A DNA stretch of 64,000 nucleotides from Eledone cirrhosa (taxonomy: Eukaryota), in contig CAXHJY010000955.1 in NCBI GenBank assembly GCA_964016885.1, positions 124,001 to 188,000 on the forward strand, in the 5' to 3' direction. Positions within the stretch are counted from its first letter, which is position 1. Every line of letters starts with the position of its first letter. A model generated the notes under the pieces. The model was not told the DNA's origin and made no database searches. It was given only the letters and a program-made list of their open reading frames with translations. Positions 55,501-64,000 of this stretch are shown in pieces. The translations under genes and the position numbers were made by a program.

Positions 55501-58500
55501 AATATATTGGTGTAAAGTTGGAAATAGAAATATATTGGTGTAAAGTTGGGAATAGAAATATAATGGTGTAAAGTTGGAATAGAAATATATTGGTGTAAAG
55601 TTGGAATAAAAATATATGGTGTAAAGTTGGAATAGAAATATATTGGTGTAAAGTTGGGAATAGAAATATATTGGAGTAAGGTTGAAATAGAAATATATTG
55701 GTGTAAAGTTGGGAATAGAAATATATTGGTGTAAAGTTGGGAATAGAAATATATTGGTGTAAAGTTGGAATAGAAATATATTGGTGTAAAGTTGGAATAG
55801 AAATATAATGGTGTAAAGTTGGGAATAGAAATATATTGGTGCAAAGTTGGGAATAGAAATATATTGGAGTAAAGTTGGGAATAGAAATATATTGGTGTAA
55901 AGTTGGGAATAGAAATATACTGGAGTAAAGTTGGGAATAGAAATATATTGGTGCAAAGTTGGAATAGAAATATATTGGTGTAAAGTTGGCGATAGAAATA
56001 TTATGGTGTAAAGTTGGGAATAGAAATATATTGGTGTAAAGTTGGGAACAGAAATATCTTGGTGTAAATTTGGAATAGAAATATATTGGTGTAAAGTTGG
56101 GAATAGAAATATATTGGTGTAAAGTTGGAATAGAAATATATTGGTGTAAAGTTGGCGATAGAAATATTATGGTGTAAAGTTGGGAATAGAAATATATTGG
56201 TGTAAAGTTGGCGATAGAAATATTATGGTGTAAAGTTGGGAATAGAAATATATTGGTGTAAAGTTGGGAACAGAAATATCTTGGTGTAAATTTGGAATAG
56301 AAATATATTGGTGTAAAGTTGGGAATAGAAATATATTGGTGTAAAGTTGGAATAGAAATATATTGGTGTAAAGTTGGGAATAGAAGTATATTGGAGTAAG
56401 GTTGGAACAGAAATATATTGGTGTAAAGTTGGAATAGAAATATATTGGAGTAAAGTTGGGAATAGAAATATGTTGGTGTAAAGTTGGAATAGAAATATAT
56501 TGGTGTAAAGTTGAGAATAGAAATATATTGGTGTAAAGTTGGAATAGAAATATATTGGTGTAAAGTCGGAATAGAAATATATTGGTGTAAAGTTGGAATA
56601 GAAATATATTGGTCTAAAGTTGGAAATAGAAATATATTGGTGTAAAGTTGGGAATAGAAATATAATGGTGTAAAGTTGGGAATAGAAATATATTGGTGTA
56701 AAATTGGAATAGAAATATGTAGGTGTAAAGTTGGGAATAGAAATATATTGGAGTAAGGTTGGAATAGAAATATATTGGTGTAAAGTTGGAATAGAAATAT
56801 ATTGGTGTAAAGTTGGAAATAGAAATATATTGGTGTAAAGTTGGGAATAGAAATATAATGGTGTAAAGTTGGAATAGAAATATATTGGTGTAAAGTTGGA
56901 ATAGAAATATATGGTGTAAAGTTGGAATAGAAATACATTGGTGTAAAGATGGAATAGAAATATATTTGTGTAAATTTGGAATAGAAATATATTGGTGTAA
57001 ATTTGGAATAGAAATATATTGGTGTAAATTTGGGAATAGAAATATTTTGGTGAAAATTGGAATAGAAATATATTGGTGTAAAGTTGGGAATAGAAATATA
57101 TTGGAGTAAGGTTGAAATAGAAATATATTGGTGTAAAGTTGGGAATAGAAATATATTGGTGTAAAGTTGGGAATAGAAATATATTGGTGTAAAGTTGGAA
57201 TAGAAATATATTGGTGTAAAGTTAGAATAGAAATATAATGGTGTAAAGTTGGGAATAGAAATATATTGGTGCAAAGTTGGGAATAGAAATATATTGGAGT
57301 AAAGTTGGGAATAGAAATATATTGGTGTAAAGTTGGGAATAGAAATATACTGGAGTAAAGTTGGGAATAAAAATATATTGGTGCAAAGTTGGAATAGAAA
57401 TATATTGGTGTAAAGTTGGGAATAGAAATATATCGGTGTAAAGTTGGGAATAGAAATATATTGGTGCAAAGTTGAAATAGAAATATATTGGTGTAAATTT
57501 GGAATAGAAATATATTGGTGTAAAGTTGGAATAGAAATATATTGGTGTAAAGTTGGGAATAGAAATATATTGGTGTAAAGATGGAATAGAAATATACTGG
57601 TGTAAATTTGGGAATAGAAATATATTGGAGTAAGGTTGGAATAGAAATATATTGGTGTAATGTTGGAATAGAAATATATTGGTGTAAAGTTGGAAATAGA
57701 AATATATTGGTGTGAAGTTGGGAATAGAAATATAATGGTGTAAAGTTGGAATAGAAATATATTGGTGTAAAGTTGGAATAAAAATATATGGTGTAAAGTT
57801 GGAATAGAAATACATTGGTGTAAAGATGGAATAGAAATATATTTGTGTAAATTTGGAATAGAAATATATTGGTGTAAATTTGGGTATAGAAATATATTGG
57901 TGTAAAGTTGGAATAGAAATATATTGGTGTAAAGTTGGGAATAGAAATATATTAGAGTAAGGTTGAAATAGAAATATATTGGTGTAAAGTTGGGAATAGA
58001 AATATATTGGTGTAAAGTTGGGAATAGAAATATATTGGTGTAAAGTTGGAATAGAAATATATTGGTGTAAAGTTGGAATAGAAATATAATGGTGTAAAGT
58101 TGGGAATAGAAATATATTGGTGCAAAGTTGGGAATAGAAATATATTGGAGTAAAGTTGGGAATAGAAATATATTGGTGTAAAGTTGGGAATAGAAATATA
58201 CTGGAGTAAAGTTGGGAATAGAAATATATTGGTGCAAAGTTGGAATAGAAATATATTGGTGTAAAGTTGGGAATAGAAATATATTGGTGTAAAGTTGGGA
58301 ATAGAAATATATTGGTGCAAAGTTGGAATAGAAATATATTGGTGTAAAGTTGGGAATAGAAATATATCGTAGTAAAGTTGGGAATAGAAATATACTGGTG
58401 CAAAGTTAAAATCGAAATATATTGGTGTAAAGTTGGAATAGAAATATATTGGTGTAAAGTTGGAATAGAAATATATTGGTGTAAAGTTGGGAATAGAAAT

Positions 58501-61462
58501 ATATTGGTGTAAAGATGGAATAGAAATATATTGGTGTAAAGTTGGGAATAGAAATATATTGGAGTAAGGTTGGAATAGAAATATATTGGTGTAATGTTGG
58601 AATAGAAATATATTGGTGGAAAGTTGGGAATACAAATATATTGGTGTAAAGTTGGGAATAGAAATATATTGGTGTATAGTTGGAATAGAAATATATTGGT
58701 GTAAAGTTGGGAATAGAAATATATTGGTGTAAAGTTGGGAATAGAAATATTTTGGTGTAAAGTTGGGAATAGAAATATATTGCTGTAAAGTTGGGAATAG
58801 AAATATTTTGATGTAAAGTTGGGAATAGAAATATATTGGTGTAAAGTTGGGAATAGAAATATAATGGTGTAAAGTTGGAATAGAAATATATTGGTGTAAA
58901 GTTGGAATAGAAATATATGGTGTAATGTTGGAATAGAAATACATTGGTGTAAAGATGGAATAGAAATATATTTGTGTAAATTTGGAATAGAAATATATTG
59001 GTGTAAATTTGGGAATAGAAATATATTGGTGAAAAGTTGGAATAGAAATATATTGGTGTAAAGTTGGGAATAGAAATATACTGGTGTAAAGTTGGGAATA
59101 GAAACATATTGGTGTAAAGTTGGGAATAGAAATATATTGGTGTAAAGTTGGGAATAGAAATATATTGATGTAAAGTTGGAATAGAAATATATTGGTGTAA
59201 AGTTGGATTAGAAATATATTGGAGTAAAGTTGGAATAGAAATATATTGGAGTAAAGTTGGAATAGAAATATATTGGTGTAAAGTTGGAATAGAAATATAT
59301 TGGTGTAAAGTTGGGAATAGAAATTTATTGGTGTAAAGTTGGAATAGAAATATATTGGTGTAAAGTTGGAACAGAAATATATTGGTGTAAAGTTTGAATA
59401 AAAATATATTGGTGTAAAGTTGGGAATAGAAATATGTTGGTGTAAAGTTGGAATAGAAATATATGGTGTAAAGTGGGAATAGAAATATATTGGTGTAAAG
59501 TTGGAATAGAAATATATTGGTGTAAAGTTGGAATAGAAATATATTGGTGTAAAGTTGAGAATAGAAATATATTGGTGTAAAGTTGGAATAGAAATATATT
59601 GGTGTAAAGTTGGTATAGAAATATATTGGTGTAAAGTTGGAATAGAAATAAATGGTGTAAAGTTGGAATAGAAATATATTGGTGTAAACTTGGAATACAA
59701 ATATATTGGTGTAAAGTTGGAATAGAAATATATATGTGTAAAGTTGGGAATAGAAATATATTGGTGTAAATTTGGGAATAGAAATATATTGGTGTAAAGT
59801 TGGAATAGAAATATATTGGAGTAAAGTTGGGAATAGAAATATATTGGTGTAAAGTTGGAATAGAAATATATTGGTGTAAAGTTGGAATAGAAATATATTG
59901 GTGTAAAGTTGGAATAGAAATATATTGGTGTAACGTTGGAATAGAAATATATTGGTGTAAAGTTGGAATAGAAATATATTGGTGTAAAGTTGCAATAGAA
60001 ATATATTGGTGTAAATTTGGAAAATAGAAATATATTGGTGTAAAGTTGGGAATAGAAATACATTGGTGTAAAGTTGGAATAGAAATATATTGGTGTAAAG
60101 TTGGAATAGAAATATATTGGTGTAAAGTTGGATTAGAAATATATTGGAGTAAAGTTGGAATAGAAATATATTGGAGTAAAGTTGGAATAGAAATATATTG
60201 GTGTAAAGTTGGGAATAGAAATATATTGTAGTAAAGTTGGAATAGAAATATATTGTTGTAAAGTGGAATAGAAATATATTGGTGTAAAGTTGGAATAGAA
60301 ATATATTGGTGTTAATTTGGGAATAGAAATATATTGGTGTAAAGTTGGAATAGAAATATATTGGTGTAAAGTTGGATTAGAAATATATTGGAGTAAAGTT
60401 GGAATAGAAATATATTGGAGTAACGTTGGAATAGAAATATATTGGTGTAAAGTTGGAATAGAAATATATTGGTGTAAAGTTGGAATAGAAATATATTGGT
60501 GTAAAGTTGGGAATAGAAATATATTGGTGTAAAGTTGGAATAGAAATATATTGGTGTAAAGTTGGAATAGAAATATATTGGAGTAACGTTGGAATAGAAA
60601 TATATTGGTGTAAAGTTGGAATAGAAATAAATGATGTAAAGTTGGAATAGAAAAATATTGGTGTAAACTTGGAATATAAATATATTGGTGTAAATTTGGA
60701 ATAGAAATATATTGGTGTAAAGTTGGTATAGAAATATATTGGTGTAAATTTGGAATAGAAATAAATGGTGTAAAGTTGGAATAGAAATATATTGGTGTAA
60801 ACTTGGAATATAAATATATTGGAGTAAAGTTGGTATAGAAATATATATGTGTAAAGTTGGGAATAGAAATATATTGGTGTAAATTTGGGAATAGAAATAT
60901 ATTGGTGTAAAGTTGGAATAGAAATATATTGGAGTAAAGTTGGGAATAGAAATATATTGGTGTAAAGTTGGAATAGAAATATATTGGTGTAAAGTTGGAA
61001 TAGAAATATATTGGTGTAAAGTTGGAAATAGAAATATATTGGTGTAAAGTTGGGAATAGAAATATATTGGTGTAAAGTTGGAAATAGAAATATATTGGTG
61101 TAAAGTTGGAATAGAAATATATTGGTGTAAAGTTGGGAATAGAAATATATTGGTGTAAAGTTGGAATAGAAATATATTGGTGTAAAGTTGGAATAGAAAT
61201 ATATTGGTGTAAAGTTGCAATAGAAATATATTGGTGTAAATTTGGAAAATAGAAATATATTGGTGTAAAGTTGGGAATAGAAATACATTGGTGTAAAGTT
61301 GGAATAGAAATATATTGGTGTAAAGTTGGAATAGAAATATATTGGTGTAAAGTTGGATTAGAAATATATTGGAGTAAAGTTGGAATAGACATATATTGGA
61401 GTAAAGTTGGAATAGAAATATATTGGTGTAAAGTTGGGAATAGAAATATATTGGAGTAAAGT

Positions 61463-64000
61463 TGGAATAGAAATATATTGGTGTAATGTTGGAATAGAAA
61501 TATATTGGTGTAAAGTTGAGAATAGAAATATATTGGTGTAAAGTTGGAATAGAAATATATTGGTGTAAAGTCGGAATAGAAATATATTGGTGTAAAGTTG
61601 GAATAGAAATATATTGGTCTAAAGTTGGAAATAGAAATATATTGGTGTAAAGTTGGGAATAGAAATATATTGGTGTAAAGTTGGGAATAGAAATATATTG
61701 GTGTAAAATTGGAATAGAAATATATAGGTGTAAAGTTGGGAATAGAAATATATTGGAGTAAGGTTGGAATAGAAATATATTGGTGTAAAGTTGGAAATAG
61801 AAATATATTGGTGTAAAGTTGGGAATAGAAATATAATGGTGTAAAGTTGGAATAGAAATATATTGGTGTAAAGTTGGAATAAAAATATATGGTGTAAAGT
61901 TGGAATAGAAATATATTGGTGTAAAGTTGGGAATAGAAATATATTGGAGTAAGGTTGAAATAGAAATATATTGGTGTAAAGTTGGGAATAGAAATATATT
62001 GGTGTAAAGTTGGGAATAGAAATATATTGGTGTAAAGTTGGAATAGAAATATATTGGTGTAAAGTTGGAATAGAAATATAATGGTGTAAAGTTGGGAATA
62101 GAAATATATTGGTGCAAAGTTGGGAATAGAAATATATTGGAGTAAAGTTGGGAATAGAAATATATTGGTGTAAAGTTGGGAATAGAAATATACTGGAGTA
62201 AAGTTGGGAATAGAAATATATTGGTGCAAAGTTGGAATAGAAATATATTGGTGTAAAGTTGGCGATAGAAATATTATGGTGTAAAGTTGGGAATAGAAAT
62301 ATATTGGTGTAAAGTTGGGAACAGAAATATCTTGGTGTAAATTTGGAATAGAAATATATTGGTGTAAAGTTGGGAATAGAAATATATTGGTGTAAAGTTG
62401 GAATAGAAATATATTGGTGTAAAGTTGGCGATAGAAATATTATGGTGTAAAGTTGGGAATAGAAATATATTGGTGTAAAGTTGGCGATAGAAATATTATG
62501 GTGTAAAGTTGGGAATAGAAATATATTGGTGTAAAGTTGGGAACAGAAATATCTTGGTGTAAATTTGGAATAGAAATATATTGGTGTAAAGTTGGGAATA
62601 GAAATATATTGGTGTAAAGTTGGAATAGAAATATATTGGTGTAAAGTTGGGAATAGAAGTATATTGGAGTAAGGTTGGAACAGAAATATATTGGTGTAAA
62701 GTTGGAATAGAAATATATTGGAGTAAAGTTGGGAATAGAAATATGTTGGTGTAAAGTTGGAATAGAAATATATTGGTGTAAAGTTGAGAATAGAAATATA
62801 TTGGTGTAAAGTTGGAATAGAAATATATTGGTGTAAAGTCGGAATAGAAATATATTGGTGTAAAGTTGGAATAGAAATATATTGGTCTAAAGTTGGAAAT
62901 AGAAATATATTGGTGTAAAGTTGGGAATAGAAATATAATGGTGTAAAGTTGGGAATAGAAATATATTGGTGTAAAATTGGAATAGAAATATGTAGGTGTA
63001 AAGTTGGGAATAGAAATATATTGGAGTAAGGTTGGAATAGAAATATATTGGTGTAAAGTTGGAATAGAAATATATTGGTGTAAAGTTGGAAATAGAAATA
63101 TATTGGTGTAAAGTTGGGAATAGAAATATAATGGTGTAAAGTTGGAATAGAAATATATTGGTGTAAAGTTGGAATAGAAATATATGGTGTAAAGTTGGAA
63201 TAGAAATACATTGGTGTAAAGATGGAATAGAAATATATTTGTGTAAATTTGGAATAGAAATATATTGGTGTAAATTTGGAATAGAAATATATTGGTGTAA
63301 ATTTGGGAATAGAAATATTTTGGTGAAAAGTTGGAATAGAAATATATTGGTGTAAAGTTGGGAATAGAAATATATTGGAGTAAGGTTGAAATAGAAATAT
63401 ATTGGTGTAAAGTTGGGAATAGAAATATATTGGTGTAAAGTTGGGAATAGAAATATATTGGTGTAAAGTTGGAATAGAAATATATTGGTGTAAAGTTAGA
63501 ATAGAAATATAATGGTGTAAAGTTGGGAATAGAAATATATTGGTGCAAAGTTGGGAATAGAAATATATTGGAGTAAAGTTGGGAATAGAAATATATTGGT
63601 GTAAAGTTGGGAATAGAAATATACTGGAGTAAAGTTGGGAATAAAAATATATTGGTGCAAAGTTGGAATAGAAATATATTGGTGTAAAGTTGGGAATAGA
63701 AATATATCGGTGTAAAGTTGGGAATAGAAATATATTGGTGCAAAGTTGAAATAGAAATATATTGGTGTAAAGTTGGAATAGAAATATATTGGTGTAAAGT
63801 TGGAATAGAAATATATTGGTGTAAAGTTGGGAATAGAAATATATTGGTGTAAAGATGGAATAGAAATATACTGGTGTAAATTTGGGAATAGAAATATATT
63901 GGAGTAAGGTTGGAATAGAAATATATTGGTGTAATGTTGGAATAGAAATATATTGGTGTAAAGTTGGAAATAGAAATATATTGGTGTGAAGTTGGGAATA
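61463..64000 (+). repeat. Duplicate of about 55190-57727 (offset 6273), continuing past the window end
   Basis: ORF ends 55346/61619 and starts 55956/62229. The rare markers AAATATCTTGG, AGAAGTATATTGGAG and TATGTAGGTG occur in both copies. Confidence 0.85.

Larger units (their letters stand above)
1..64000 (+). repeat. Tandem satellite array, 27/28-bp monomer (G)GGAATAGAAATATATTGGTGTAAAGTT, running off both window ends
   Basis: The monomer reads head-to-tail throughout with no inversion seen. The 27-bp consensus is 11 A, 9 T, 7 G, 0 C. Length variants are GG (27), GGG or GGAAA (28) and TATATGG (26). It is interrupted only by the three 172-bp inserts. Confidence 0.99.

Noticed and set aside
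59827-61459. Short + strand ORFs of GIEIYWCKV repeats
   Set aside because: These are runs of consecutive 27-bp monomers in the one stop-free + frame. No support for coding.
870-63743. Long - strand ORFs (up to 1318 aa) of PTLHQYISI/NFTPIYFYS/QLYTNIFLF repeats
   Set aside because: They are a by-product of a G-free, TAA-free strand. They overlap in all three frames, mostly begin at alternative starts created by point variants, and freely mixed 26/27/28-bp monomers show no frame conservation.
1-64000. CRISPR array (27-28 bp repeats)
   Set aside because: Repeats are head-to-tail with no unique spacers, and there is no leader or cas gene.
1-64000. The 27/28-bp pattern as a programmed code, or phased A-tract curvature
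   Set aside because: The pattern is explained by duplication history and G-run slippage. The AAA tracts are 13-15 bp apart, not in helical phase.

Overview
Essentially the whole 64 kb is one uninterrupted, single-orientation, non-coding eukaryotic satellite array. The monomer is GGAATAGAAATATATTGGTGTAAAGTT (27 bp), mixed with a 28-bp GGG form and a rarer 26-bp form; 64000/27.5 gives roughly 2,300 monomers. The consensus + strand has no C, so the - strand has no G and also lacks TAA, which explains all the long - strand ORFs; none is called as a gene. Diagnostic variant monomers reveal nested higher-order duplications with offsets of 2753, 1428/1456, 1125, 7527, 9339/4975, 1894, 3176 and 6273 bp. 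The only non-satellite DNA is a 172-bp insert present in three identical copies (41453-41624, 49158-49329, 52334-52505). Each is flanked by an 8-bp target-site duplication AATATAAT and carries Pol III A- and B-box motifs on the - strand, i.e. a tRNA-derived SINE. From memory only (no search run) it resembles octopus/cephalopod SINEs. It appears to have inserted once and then been copied with the satellite, and matching empty sites are still present in the array. I see no protein-coding system, CRISPR array or prokaryotic feature. Block boundaries were read by eye and are approximate to about one monomer.
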